From: a virus
IMG/VR virus record: IMGVR_UViG_3300027749_000098
Location: 7,421-71,420 of that record
Reading direction: 5' to 3' (one strand)
DNA length: 64,000 bases
Position 1 is the stretch's first letter; the number at the start of each line of letters is the position of its first letter. The notes under the pieces are model-generated. The model had not been told where the DNA came from, made no database searches, and worked only from the letters and a program-made list of their open reading frames with translations. Positions 47,846-57,734 of this stretch are shown here, in pieces. Both the position numbers and the translations under genes were made by a program.

Positions 47846-49198
47846 TTATCGTACGCCTTTCCAGCCTGGATCAGAATTATTGAAACTACCATAATCATTT
47901 GGATACGAATCTTTACATAACTCTAACACAGTTATAAATCTATCTTCTTGGTTTATAATATGTCTAACTGCAGTAATTAAATAGTTTCCGGAATAAAATG
48001 GATCAGATTTTTTTTCTTTACTTTCTGGATTATTATAACTTATTTCCGGTTTATCAAAAGAAACAACTTTTCCAATAGTTAATTCTATATCTCCAGGAAC
48101 AACAATTTTTATTCTATTAGACCACATAAGAGATAATTGCGCAGTTCTAATTGATGTAGTTTCTTCTGGTTTATGTTCGTGAACTTGTATTCCTTTACTT
48201 TTAATATATTTATTTTCGCTTTGTCCAGTGGTTGAAATACAAAATTTAACTACTCCATGAGTTTTTGTTAAGGTATCATCTTTTCTATTAGTTGCTGTAG
48301 TCGGAATTTTCTTTTTATCTAATTGTTCAACTTTTTTGTAATATTCATCGTAATCATACGTGCTTTCCCCAAACTTCAATCTTAAGGGATCAATAGTTAT
48401 AGTTTTATTTGCCAATGCTCCGCTTTTAACTGCTGATAGTGAATCAAATGCATTAACATGTTCATATCCAAGAACATTAACAAATTCTTTTGATTTATCA
48501 TAAGCCAAATCGTTATCTTGTATTAAATTTTTCTCTTCATATTTGTATGTTCTAAATGGTTCTTCTTTGTATAAGTTTAATACAGATCTAAAATTAAACC
48601 CTTCTTTATCTTCATAAAACAAATAAAACGCACCTTCATTTTTAGCTTGATCTGCTTTTGCAATTGTAGTTAACCAATTAATTGCTTGAAGCGGTTTTAA
48701 ATTTGGAACTACTTTACTAACAATACCAGTAGTTTCATCCAAATTTTTCATATATTTGTCATTTATTTTTAAATACGTTTTTGTTATATCTTTTATAATA
48801 TCTAATATTTTAACGTCAGTATAAGATTTAGAAACTTTATATTGTTCATTTAGTATTGCTTCTTCTGAACAAAAATGTAAAACAAAATTTTCATTAGATG
48901 TTTTCGTTTGTGTTCTATTACTATGCGTATAAATCCTTAAGTTTTTTTCTAAAGGTTTATTTAATCCAGGTTTATCAATAGATAAAATTAATACTTCTTG
49001 TCCTTGAAATTTAAACATTTGGATAATACCAACGGAATCATTAATAACTAATGCTCCGCTAACAAAATTTGAAAATATATCTTCAAAATAATTTAATTCA
49101 ACCACAATATCTTTTACATCTATTGGGTCTCCATCTTGCCCAACAATTTTACAAGAATTAACTAATACATCTTGTGTATGTAAAATACCATCAGCCAT
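47846..49198 (-). CDS. Baseplate hub protein (gp27-like)
   Basis: YFEDIF...SGALVIND, FYLFYED..GFNF, SGNYLITAVRH; between gp53 and gp5. Confidence 0.7.
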   Translation of the reverse strand: MADGILHTQDVLVNSCKIVGQDGDPIDVKDIVVELNYFEDIFSNFVSGALVINDSVGIIQMFKFQGQEVLILSIDKPGLNKPLEKNLRIYTHSNRTQTKTSNENFVLHFCSEEAILNEQYKVSKSYTDVKILDIIKDITKTYLKINDKYMKNLDETTGIVSKVVPNLKPLQAINWLTTIAKADQAKNEGAFYLFYEDKEGFNFRSVLNLYKEEPFRTYKYEEKNLIQDNDLAYDKSKEFVNVLGYEHVNAFDSLSAVKSGALANKTITIDPLRLKFGESTYDYDEYYKKVEQLDKKKIPTTATNRKDDTLTKTHGVVKFCISTTGQSENKYIKSKGIQVHEHKPEETTSIRTAQLSLMWSNRIKIVVPGDIELTIGKVVSFDKPEISYNNPESKEKKSDPFYSGNYLITAVRHIINQEDRFITVLELCKDSYPNDYGSFNNSDPGWKGVR

Positions 49199-50315
49199 AA
49201 TAAGTTCCCATTAAAATTTGCAATTCTCTTTCAATTTGCGGTACATATTCTTTTTTTATTAATTTAATTTGACGTTTTCTTTCGTTAATCTCAGATTCAT
49301 ATTGAAAAATCGTAATTTTTTCTTTAGTTGTTGTTACTGAAATATCAGGCGAATCAACTACATTATCTACATAATTAAATATTGCGGTATCGTATGTATC
49401 ATTAAATGATTTTTCATCAATATAAATTGTAGTTGTCGTTGACGTATCTGTTAGTAAATCAGTCGATACAATTAATGATCTATATGTAAATGGAGCAGGA
49501 TTTTCAGTTACTGATGCATACTCAACACCATTTGTGTATGTTTTCCAAAACTCGCCATCCGCAAATGTTACATGATTATTTGCATTATCTAAATTATCTT
49601 GTGTGCAAATATAAATTGTATCATTATGCTGCACAACATCTTGTTTATAATAATCTGCATTTCTGTCCCAAGTTCCTTTCCAATAAACACCATTAGGTAT
49701 AATTTCCCAGTATTTTTTATCTAAATCTTCTAAAAATACTTTTGCTTGATGAGTATTTGCACAAATAAATGCTGTATTTGAAATTACAATTGCATCACCT
49801 GGATTATAAGTAGTAACAATATCAATATCATCAGAACTACCTTCTATAACTGAATATGTTATTCCTGTATTTGCGTTATATATGTATTCTATATAACCAT
49901 CGCTACTATAAGTTACTACAGCTTCATTTTTTTCCGAAAAAAGTTGTCCATTAATACTAACAAATTCATCATTAGTCCATTCTCCTCTCCAATTACATCT
50001 AGCCCATTGATTAATACTATTTGCATGAAGTTCGTATTTTTCTTCAATATATTGATTAAATATTTGATAATCCATAGCAAAATCAAAAAATGGATCAACA
50101 ATATCATTTGCAAGCATAACTATCCAATGTCTTTCTGGATCCCCATAATATTTTGATGCAATAATTTCTGGGGTATCTCCTTCTTGCAAATCATATGGAT
50201 AATAAATTGATAATTTACTTGAATACTTATCTCTAACAAACGTTCTGGATATAATATCTGTAACCAATTTATTGTTAATAATAGTTTTTGGATATTTGGA
50301 AAAGAATGAAGCCAT
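49191..50315 (-). CDS. gp53: Baseplate wedge protein with an internal insertion
   Basis: GDTPEIIASKYYGD...HWIVMLANDI.DP; C-terminal YE...NERKRQIKLIK. Confidence 0.85.
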   Translation of the reverse strand: MASFFSKYPKTIINNKLVTDIISRTFVRDKYSSKLSIYYPYDLQEGDTPEIIASKYYGDPERHWIVMLANDIVDPFFDFAMDYQIFNQYIEEKYELHANSINQWARCNWRGEWTNDEFVSINGQLFSEKNEAVVTYSSDGYIEYIYNANTGITYSVIEGSSDDIDIVTTYNPGDAIVISNTAFICANTHQAKVFLEDLDKKYWEIIPNGVYWKGTWDRNADYYKQDVVQHNDTIYICTQDNLDNANNHVTFADGEFWKTYTNGVEYASVTENPAPFTYRSLIVSTDLLTDTSTTTTIYIDEKSFNDTYDTAIFNYVDNVVDSPDISVTTTKEKITIFQYESEINERKRQIKLIKKEYVPQIERELQILMGTYYG

Positions 50316-50317
50316 AT

Positions 50318-51685
50318 TTAATATCCTTGATGTTCTATTTTTTCTTTTGTCATAATTTCTGTTTCTTTAAATTGTAATGTAAGCCTTGTTTTTACTGGCA
50401 TTCCATCTTCATATGTAACCCAACCGACTTCGGGTGCATAATCAACCATAATTGTTTCTAATACACAAGGAGCAAATTTGTGTAAATTTTCATTACGTTT
50501 TCCAAGATGCATATATTCAATTTGAAATACTGAAGGAATATCAAAATATCTACCGCCTCCTCCATGGAGATCCGGAGCAGCATTTAACCTAAATGATTTT
50601 ATTATATCACGAACAGTTTTAGATTCAGCTGCAGTTTTAGGCGTAAACGTAAAATCAAATTGAAATCTTCTAAAATCCATTTGTGTAAAAATAACTTCCA
50701 TTTGAGGGTTAATTGCATACCCTTTATTTTTTAAAAGATATTGCGAAACTGCAGTTCCATTATTTACGATACCTGCTGACCCCAAACCTTTTCCGGCAGC
50801 TTCTAACATTAATGGATTATCAACATCTTTTATAGTTTTTATCGCATCGGGCAAACTTCCATTTTTACCTGCTGCAGCTAATCCGTCATATAAAGAGCTT
50901 AAATTTTTACCAAAATCTGCTCGTTCTCTATAACCTTCGGCTGCTCCACCTGCGGCACCCATTGCATCTGTTAAACTGATGTCATTATATGATGCATGTT
51001 GAGATAAAGATACTGTATCTGGCATATACAAATTTATATATCCAGTTGGTTTCATAACTGGAGAAGAAAATTTAGGATTACCTGAATTTGTAGAAAACCC
51101 TGATGCAGCAGCTGAACCGCTAACTGATTTTAATGGATCATTAATAAAGTTTTTTATAGAGTCCCATGTCCCAGAAGCTGCAGCCATTGGATCTTTTAAG
51201 AAACTTGATACTCCAGGAATTGACGTTGCTGTATCAGATAATATCGATAGGGAAGCAAGACCACTAAGAGTCCCTCCAACAGTTCCAGAGGATAAAGATC
51301 CGCTAATAATGCTTTTAGCTCCAGCTACAACCCCAACAATAGAAGCTGCACTAGCAGCAGCTTGGTTAGCTGCAGATAATGCTTGATTAGCAACAGTAGC
51401 TGCAGTTTTTACTGCTGACGTTACTCCAGATACAGCTGAGGTTGCAGTTGTCGCAGCAGAATTCATTGTTGTTTGCACATTAGATATCATTGAAGTTGGA
51501 TTAGACATCACTGATGATGGTGCACTACTTGATTGACTTCCATATGTAGATTTTGTTGGGGACAGCACAGAAAATGTTATAAAATGACCTTTTCTTGATG
51601 ACCCTAAATCATGCGGGTATGTCATAACTGACGAGCTTCCATCGCCAGCATATAAATCTTTTAAAGGGGAATTTGGATCTGCCAT
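50318..51685 (-). CDS. gp48: Baseplate tail-tube cap
   Basis: INLYMP, INPQME.IF....FRRFQFDFTFTPK, PSVFQIEY, LQFKETEI. Confidence 0.85.
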   Translation of the reverse strand: MADPNSPLKDLYAGDGSSSVMTYPHDLGSSRKGHFITFSVLSPTKSTYGSQSSSAPSSVMSNPTSMISNVQTTMNSAATTATSAVSGVTSAVKTAATVANQALSAANQAAASAASIVGVVAGAKSIISGSLSSGTVGGTLSGLASLSILSDTATSIPGVSSFLKDPMAAASGTWDSIKNFINDPLKSVSGSAAASGFSTNSGNPKFSSPVMKPTGYINLYMPDTVSLSQHASYNDISLTDAMGAAGGAAEGYRERADFGKNLSSLYDGLAAAGKNGSLPDAIKTIKDVDNPLMLEAAGKGLGSAGIVNNGTAVSQYLLKNKGYAINPQMEVIFTQMDFRRFQFDFTFTPKTAAESKTVRDIIKSFRLNAAPDLHGGGGRYFDIPSVFQIEYMHLGKRNENLHKFAPCVLETIMVDYAPEVGWVTYEDGMPVKTRLTLQFKETEIMTKEKIEHQGY

Positions 51686-51719
51686 ATATTTATTTCTTTT
51701 TGTTGGTTTAACTAAATAC

Positions 51720-51727
51720 TATTTATA
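51720..51727 (-). promoter_or_regulatory. Late promoter TATAAATA (gp48 operon)
   Basis: Exact consensus in the divergent gp48/gp4 intergenic region. Confidence 0.7.
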
Positions 51728-51742
51728 TTAATAATTTAGATT

Positions 51743-52198
51743 ATGTCAAAAATAATGAGTAGATATCCAAAACCAAGAAAATGGGTTCCAAAAAATAAAG
51801 AGAAGTATAAAGGAGATTGGGATAATATTATATCAAGATCTTCATGGGAATTACGAGTTTTTAAATGGATGGATGATAATCCATCAGTATTGGAATGGGC
51901 ATCAGAAGAATGTGTTATTCCATATAAATCTCCAGTAGACAATAAATTACATAGATATTTTCCTGATATATGGGCAAAAGTAAAAGGAGTTGATGGCAGA
52001 ATTAAAACATATTTGTTGGAAATTAAACCGGAATATCAAGCAGTTGCTCCTGAAATTAAAAAACGAATAACTAAACAATATATAACAGAAGTATGTACCT
52101 ATGCAATAAACCAAGCTAAATGGAAAGCAGCAAGAGAATATTGTATGGATAGAAAATGGGAATTTAAAGTTCTAACAGAAAAGGATTTATTTAAATAA
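51743..52198 (+). CDS. gp4: Head completion protein (TnsA-like nuclease fold)
   Basis: PKNKEKYKGD...RSSWE...WASEE..IPY...HRYFPD...EIKP...NQAKWKAA. Confidence 0.93.
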   Translation: MSKIMSRYPKPRKWVPKNKEKYKGDWDNIISRSSWELRVFKWMDDNPSVLEWASEECVIPYKSPVDNKLHRYFPDIWAKVKGVDGRIKTYLLEIKPEYQAVAPEIKKRITKQYITEVCTYAINQAKWKAAREYCMDRKWEFKVLTEKDLFK

Positions 52199-52199
52199 A

Positions 52200-52823
52200 A
52201 TGAATATTAACAAATCGCCTGGACCTGCTGAACCGTTAGATCCAAAGTTTCATTTTAAATTTACATTAAGATCTACATTTGATGCAATTGAATGGTTTAA
52301 AACTAAAATAAAAGAATTAAAAACTCCAACGGTAGAACAAAGAGTAGAAGAAAAAGATTTATTAAAGCCTGGAACTAATAAAGCTGATAAATTTGAAGTT
52401 GGTAAAATGTATTTGTTTCATTACGATCCAAAAGGAAGAAAAAGTTTACCATATTATGACACGTTTCCATTAATATTATTAACTGGTATACATAAAGGCG
52501 GATTTACCGGATTAAATTTACATTATTTACCTCCAGAACAGAGATTAGTTTTATTAAGTAATTTAACACAAAAATCAGTTTATTTAGATGGAAAATTAGA
52601 AAGATTAAATATTAAGTATGAGAATTTAAAAGGAGTTCAAGAATTTGCATTTTTTGAACCGTGTTTTAAACAATATTTAAAATCTAATATAAGATCGGAA
52701 ATTAAATTAATTCCGCCAGAAGATTGGGCTTTTGCTGCTTCGTTACCAATAGAAGCTTTTGTTAAAAAATCAAAACAACAAGTGTGGAAAGAATCGATGG
52801 CTACACAAGATATGACACTTTAA
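52200..52823 (+). CDS. gp2: DNA end protector protein
   Basis: GKMYLFHYDPK...LPYYDTFPL...GLNLHYLP. Confidence 0.92.
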   Translation: MNINKSPGPAEPLDPKFHFKFTLRSTFDAIEWFKTKIKELKTPTVEQRVEEKDLLKPGTNKADKFEVGKMYLFHYDPKGRKSLPYYDTFPLILLTGIHKGGFTGLNLHYLPPEQRLVLLSNLTQKSVYLDGKLERLNIKYENLKGVQEFAFFEPCFKQYLKSNIRSEIKLIPPEDWAFAASLPIEAFVKKSKQQVWKESMATQDMTL

Positions 52824-52835
52824 AAAGGAATAACA

Positions 52836-53627
52836 ATGTCATTTTTATCAGATACATTATCAGACTTATCGTCATTATTTAATGGTGGTGGACCACAAAC
52901 AAAAGATGACAAATACCAAAATGCATTAAGAGAATTATTAGCATATGATGTTGGTAGAACAGCATATTTTGATGTGTTTATACCACTAAGAGCTGATGGA
53001 ACAGCATCAGCAAAATATTTTTGTCACTCTGCGGAACTTCCTGGAGAATCTACTGCTACTGTATCTCAAAAAATATATGGAGTAACGGAAAAGTTTTCAG
53101 TAATGACTGGATATAATGATATAACATTATCATTTTACACTTATGGGTCAGAAGTTGAAAATATTAGAAAAATGTTTCTAAGTTGGATTACGTTTATAAC
53201 TGGAAGAAGTGAATCATTTAAAGGTAGCGGAAGTACGACATATAATGTTAAATACAAAAGCGAATACACTAAAGATATAGTAATAACTCAATATGCTATA
53301 GATGGAAAACCATTATTAAAAGTAAAATTATTTAGCGCGTTTCCAGTTGCAATAAATCAAGTTCCGCTTGATTGGTCAGCTCAAAATCAAGCTCAATCTC
53401 TTAATGTAACTTTTGCATATACAGAATACGAATATGAATTTTTATCTGTTAATTCAAATGGAGCATATTCCAGAGGACCATTAGGAGAATTATTTGGAAC
53501 AGCAATACAAACAGCAGGAATAGTAAATTCAATAACAGGAGCATTTAAAAGCGGAAATCCATTAGCAGCAACATCTACGTTATCAAATTTTAGATTATCA
53601 TCACCAGAACCATATCAAAGAAAATAG
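52836..53627 (+). CDS. gp54: Baseplate tail-tube initiator (gp54-like, tube fold)
   Basis: CHSAELPG, AFPVAINQVPLDW, LNVTFAY. Confidence 0.7.
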   Translation: MSFLSDTLSDLSSLFNGGGPQTKDDKYQNALRELLAYDVGRTAYFDVFIPLRADGTASAKYFCHSAELPGESTATVSQKIYGVTEKFSVMTGYNDITLSFYTYGSEVENIRKMFLSWITFITGRSESFKGSGSTTYNVKYKSEYTKDIVITQYAIDGKPLLKVKLFSAFPVAINQVPLDWSAQNQAQSLNVTFAYTEYEYEFLSVNSNGAYSRGPLGELFGTAIQTAGIVNSITGAFKSGNPLAATSTLSNFRLSSPEPYQRK

Positions 53628-53639
53628 GATTGAAAAATA

Positions 53640-54362
53640 ATGAATGTATTACCACAAATTGACACCCCAACATATACTGTTAAATTACCTATATCTGAAT
53701 TAACGGTAAAATATAGACCATACAAAGTAAAAGAACAAAAAATTCTGAGTATGGCAAAAGAATCTGAGGAAAAAAATACATTAGTAGAAGCTATATTACA
53801 AGTAGCACAAAATTGTATGATTGACCCAATAGATGTTAGAGAATTACCTATTACCGATGTTGAGTATTTTTATTATACATTAAGAGCAAGATCTGAATCA
53901 GAAGTTTTAGAATTAAGATATAAATGCGAAAACGTCCATGAAGATAAAGTTTGTGGAACAATTATGGATTATGATTTAAATTTATTAACTGAATTAGAAG
54001 TAATTAAAAGCGATATTTCTCCAATTATTGAAGTTACAGATAAAGTTGGATTAAAGATGCGCCATTCAAGATTTGAACTTGATACTATAGGCGATAAAAT
54101 TCCTACTCCAGATGAAATTTTAGAAATTATTGCAAGAAATGTTGAATTTATTTATGATGAAAATTCAGCATATAGCGGTCAAGATGTGCCGATTGCGAAT
54201 ATTATTAATTGGATAGGCGAATTACCGCCAGAAAAATATATTAAAATTGAGGAGTTTTTACAAAATGAACCTAAAATAGTTAAAAAATTAGATATAACTT
54301 GTAAAAAATGCGGGTTTGATCACCATATTGAAGTGAGAGATATTTTTGATTTTTTTATCTAA
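53640..54362 (+). CDS. gp26: Baseplate hub assembly chaperone
   Basis: LPQIDTPTYTVKLP...KYRPYKVKEQKIL...LRARS..E; CxxC; ends DFFI. Confidence 0.88.
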   Translation: MNVLPQIDTPTYTVKLPISELTVKYRPYKVKEQKILSMAKESEEKNTLVEAILQVAQNCMIDPIDVRELPITDVEYFYYTLRARSESEVLELRYKCENVHEDKVCGTIMDYDLNLLTELEVIKSDISPIIEVTDKVGLKMRHSRFELDTIGDKIPTPDEILEIIARNVEFIYDENSAYSGQDVPIANIINWIGELPPEKYIKIEEFLQNEPKIVKKLDITCKKCGFDHHIEVRDIFDFFI

Positions 54363-54553
54363 TTCTTGGTAATGTTAATCTTTCAACATATTATAAAACA
54401 AACTTTTCTTTAATGCAGCACCATAAGTATAGTTTACATGAGTTGGAAGAAATGATCCCTTGGGAAAGGGAAATTTATATTGGTTTATTGGTGCAGTATT
54501 TAAAAGAAAAAGAAGAGAAACGTAAACAACAAGAAGCTAACAGGAATATTTAA
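54350..54553 (+). CDS. gp51: gp51-like hub assembly protein, probably translated via -1 frameshift from gp26 (first ATG at 54413)
   Basis: Missing from the ORF track. Reads FFYLILGNVNLSTYYKTNFSLMQHHKYSLHELEEMIPWEREIYIGLL...; its TAA overlaps the next ATG. Confidence 0.8.
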   Translation, partial: FFYLILGNVNLSTYYKTNFSLMQHHKYSLHELEEMIPWEREIYIGLLVQYLKEKEEKRKQQEANRNI

Positions 54554-57500
54554 TGGCAGACAATACCAATGATAAAAAATCGTCTTGGATAGAAGATAGA
54601 CTTAAACAAAATTTATCTTCTGCAGCTCAACTTGGTTCGCAAGTTGGAGCTAAAGCCCAAGAAATTAAACAAGATTACAAGAAATTTGGAAAAGAAGCTA
54701 GCGAACTTCCAGGACAGTTATCAAGAAATAGAGCAGATAGAGAAGCAATATTAGCAAGAGAAAGTAAATCTAATGCATTAACGGAAAGCCAAAAAGAGCA
54801 ATTAAAAAATATTTCAAATGCTGGAGATGCACAAAAATTTGTTGATGCTTCTATATTGGGCAATGAAAATGGAGATTATGGAGCAGGACAAAGCGTATAT
54901 AATGATTCTATAAAAAGCGCAGGAAAAGCGTGGCTTGGATTTGGCGAAGATGTTGCTGTAGCAGCTCTAGGTGGACCAGCAATAGGTGCTGCAGCTAAAA
55001 TTGGAACTAAATTAGGCGGCGCAGCAATTAAAGGTGGATCTTCTGTATTTAAAGGGGCAGCAGAAGCTATAGGATCAAAACTACCTTCTTTAAAAAGTGT
55101 TAGTAATGTATTTAAAAGTGAAGCAGATATTGCCGCAGAAGCAAAGGTAGCCGAAAAAGCAAGAAGAGAAGCAGCAAGAGAAGCAAAACGAGAAGAAATA
55201 CGTGGAAATGCAACACGTTCAAAAAATTCAACTTTTGATTCTAATGCTGAATCTGCAGCAAAAAATGAAGCTGCAGCAGCAGAAGCAAAGGTAGCTGAAA
55301 AAGCAGCAGCTAAAGAAAAAAACGCGGATCCATGGACTGGAGAAACCGTAAACCAAAAAATGTCAAAACCTTTAAAACTAGATAGAATAGATACTGCACC
55401 TAAAAAAAGTATGATACCAAAAGCACTTTTAGGAGCTGCTGCTTTAGATGCAGGTTATGGTATCTATAAAGATCCAGAAGGTGCTTGGAATACTGCTAAA
55501 GAATTCGGTAACGATCTTGTTCACACTGGAATACATGGAGTCGCATCATTAACAGATGACCCAGAAGCAAATGAAAAAAACTGGAATGAAGCATGGGACG
55601 GAACAAATTTAGGAGATTTGGGAGACGCGGCTTCGACTGCAGCATCAGTAGCTACCGGAGCATATGTTGGTTCTCAAGGAAATCCATTTAGAGGAGCAGC
55701 ATCAGGAATTGTTGGTGGGATAGGCGGATTATTTGCTGCAAATAGATCTTCTGAAGCTACATTAAGTTCAATGCCATCAGGCGGAGATTCTGGAATGACT
55801 GGTGAATCGCATTTTGGTAGCGATGATATGTCAGGAAAAAGTGCTGTTGAGATATTAAATAAAATTTATGGCGTAATGTCCAGATTATACGATACTACTT
55901 TAACTATTTCCAGAGATACAGCAGCATTAGTTCGTGGTGCATCTTCTCAAGATGCAGCTAGAGATGCATCAACTGTAAATCTAATGGCAAGACAGAATGA
56001 AGGCGGATCATCTCCAATGTTTTATGGTGGAGGCGAAGGCGGCGGAAGCGAAGGTGGTGGAGGCGAAGGTAAAAAAGATAAAGAAAAAGGTAAAGGATTT
56101 TTCTCTAGTTTAATGGATAAAATTCCTAAAAAAGGAATAGCAGGAACAGCATTATCAGCTATTAGTGGTGCTGGAAATAAACTTGCTAAGGCTGCAAAAT
56201 TTCTTGGAGGTAATAAAGGAAAAATTGCTGCTGGACTAGGAGCAGGAGCTATGCTTGTTTCTAAAGATTTGGACGAAGAATTAGAGGGACAAGGTATAAC
56301 TGATCCATATGCAAAAGAAGCGATTAAAGCTAAAATGATGTCTGAATCTGGCGGCAAAGGTGGATCAGAAGGAAATTGGACTAAAACTTCCAATTCAAGA
56401 ATTAGAGAAAAAATGCCGCAATTAGCTCATATGAGCGACCAAGAATTAAATGACCTTAAATCTCAAGGAAATGAAGTATTTTTAGATAAAGCATATGAGA
56501 AATATGGTGGATTTAAATATCGCGGTAGAGGCTTAACTCAATTAACTGGAAAGGCAAATTATGAAGCTGCAGATAAAGCATTAGGATTAAATGGGGAATT
56601 GGCTAATAACCCAGATATATTAGCAACTGACAAAGAATTAGATAAAAAAGTATCGGTTTGGTTTTATAAAAATGCCGGAGCTGATAAAAAGAAATTTGAT
56701 AATCAAGAAGATGCAAATAAATGGGCTATTAATAAAGCTGGTGGTAAAAAATATGCACCAGGAACTGCTTTAGCTGAAGGAGAATTAGCTAGAGTAAATA
56801 AAATTCAACAATCAACTCCAGGCGGAAACCAAACTGCTGTTGCATCTGCTTCTCCAATAAAAAAAGATTCTGAGGCTACAATAAATCCAGAAAATGTTGT
56901 TTCTGGGCAAGGTACTAATGGAGAAAATGTTATTTCTGGGCAAGGTACTAATGGAGAAAATATTACATTATCTAAAACTGGTAGTGGGGGAGAATCTCGC
57001 ACAAGAACTGCACCAGAAGTAGAATTAACAGAAGAACAAAAAGCCTACGAAAAATGGCAAAATGATCCAATAAATAACCCAGATCCTCTTGCTAAACACC
57101 ATTCAAAAATTAAACCGCAAGGATATTTGGATGCTAAAGATGCATCTTTAGAAAAACAAAGAAAAACTGTAGAAGCCGATATGAAGGCAAATAGAATTAC
57201 TACTGACGAAGCAAATGCGAAATATGATGATATAAATAGAGAACAAAATAATAATGAATGGGCTAAAATGGAAAAAGCAGATGCTACAGCATCTCCATCA
57301 AAAAATTCTAAAATAGATGACATGGAAGCTGAATTATCAGAAGTGGATAACCAAAAAGCTACATTGCAAGAAGAACGGGATAAATTAGCGCAACTTTCTC
57401 CTAGAGATGAAAAAGAAATGGCATCACAATTAGATCGTTTATCTGATATACATACAGAAATGGGTGCATTAGACCAAAGAAGAAATGCGGTATCAGGAAG

Positions 57501-57705
57501 CCCAGAATATTTGGCTAATTTAGAAAATAGAAAATCTGGAGGAAGTCAACAAGCACCGCAACAAGCAACTGTTCAGCAAGTAGCCTCGGCTCCAACATCT
57601 CCAGCTGGAGCGGCTAAATCTATACCAAATTCTCGAAACGATGAACCAACTTTAAAAATGTTAGAAGAAGGGAATATGTGGAGAACAAATAGTCATGATG
57701 CATGA
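54553..57705 (+). CDS. Probable tape-measure/hub protein with a GH19-like muramidase domain
   Basis: 1050 aa, Ala/Gly-rich helical; GFKYRGRGLTQLTGKANY GH19 motif; follows gp26/gp51. Confidence 0.7.
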   Translation: MADNTNDKKSSWIEDRLKQNLSSAAQLGSQVGAKAQEIKQDYKKFGKEASELPGQLSRNRADREAILARESKSNALTESQKEQLKNISNAGDAQKFVDASILGNENGDYGAGQSVYNDSIKSAGKAWLGFGEDVAVAALGGPAIGAAAKIGTKLGGAAIKGGSSVFKGAAEAIGSKLPSLKSVSNVFKSEADIAAEAKVAEKARREAAREAKREEIRGNATRSKNSTFDSNAESAAKNEAAAAEAKVAEKAAAKEKNADPWTGETVNQKMSKPLKLDRIDTAPKKSMIPKALLGAAALDAGYGIYKDPEGAWNTAKEFGNDLVHTGIHGVASLTDDPEANEKNWNEAWDGTNLGDLGDAASTAASVATGAYVGSQGNPFRGAASGIVGGIGGLFAANRSSEATLSSMPSGGDSGMTGESHFGSDDMSGKSAVEILNKIYGVMSRLYDTTLTISRDTAALVRGASSQDAARDASTVNLMARQNEGGSSPMFYGGGEGGGSEGGGGEGKKDKEKGKGFFSSLMDKIPKKGIAGTALSAISGAGNKLAKAAKFLGGNKGKIAAGLGAGAMLVSKDLDEELEGQGITDPYAKEAIKAKMMSESGGKGGSEGNWTKTSNSRIREKMPQLAHMSDQELNDLKSQGNEVFLDKAYEKYGGFKYRGRGLTQLTGKANYEAADKALGLNGELANNPDILATDKELDKKVSVWFYKNAGADKKKFDNQEDANKWAINKAGGKKYAPGTALAEGELARVNKIQQSTPGGNQTAVASASPIKKDSEATINPENVVSGQGTNGENVISGQGTNGENITLSKTGSGGESRTRTAPEVELTEEQKAYEKWQNDPINNPDPLAKHHSKIKPQGYLDAKDASLEKQRKTVEADMKANRITTDEANAKYDDINREQNNNEWAKMEKADATASPSKNSKIDDMEAELSEVDNQKATLQEERDKLAQLSPRDEKEMASQLDRLSDIHTEMGALDQRRNAVSGSPEYLANLENRKSGGSQQAPQQATVQQVASAPTSPAGAAKSIPNSRNDEPTLKMLEEGNMWRTNSHDA

Positions 57706-57731
57706 AAAAAGGGAGCCGAAGCTCCCTTTTT
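57705..57731. terminator. Bidirectional intrinsic terminator
   Basis: AAAAAAGGGAGC-CGAA-GCTCCCTTTTT between convergent genes; same core as 8003-8029. Confidence 0.9.
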
Positions 57732-57734
57732 CGT

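Noticed and set aside
56880-56965. 33-bp tandem repeat (ENV.SGQGTNG) in the tape-measure-like gene
   Set aside because: Short in-frame duplication in a low-complexity linker; no sign of a separate function
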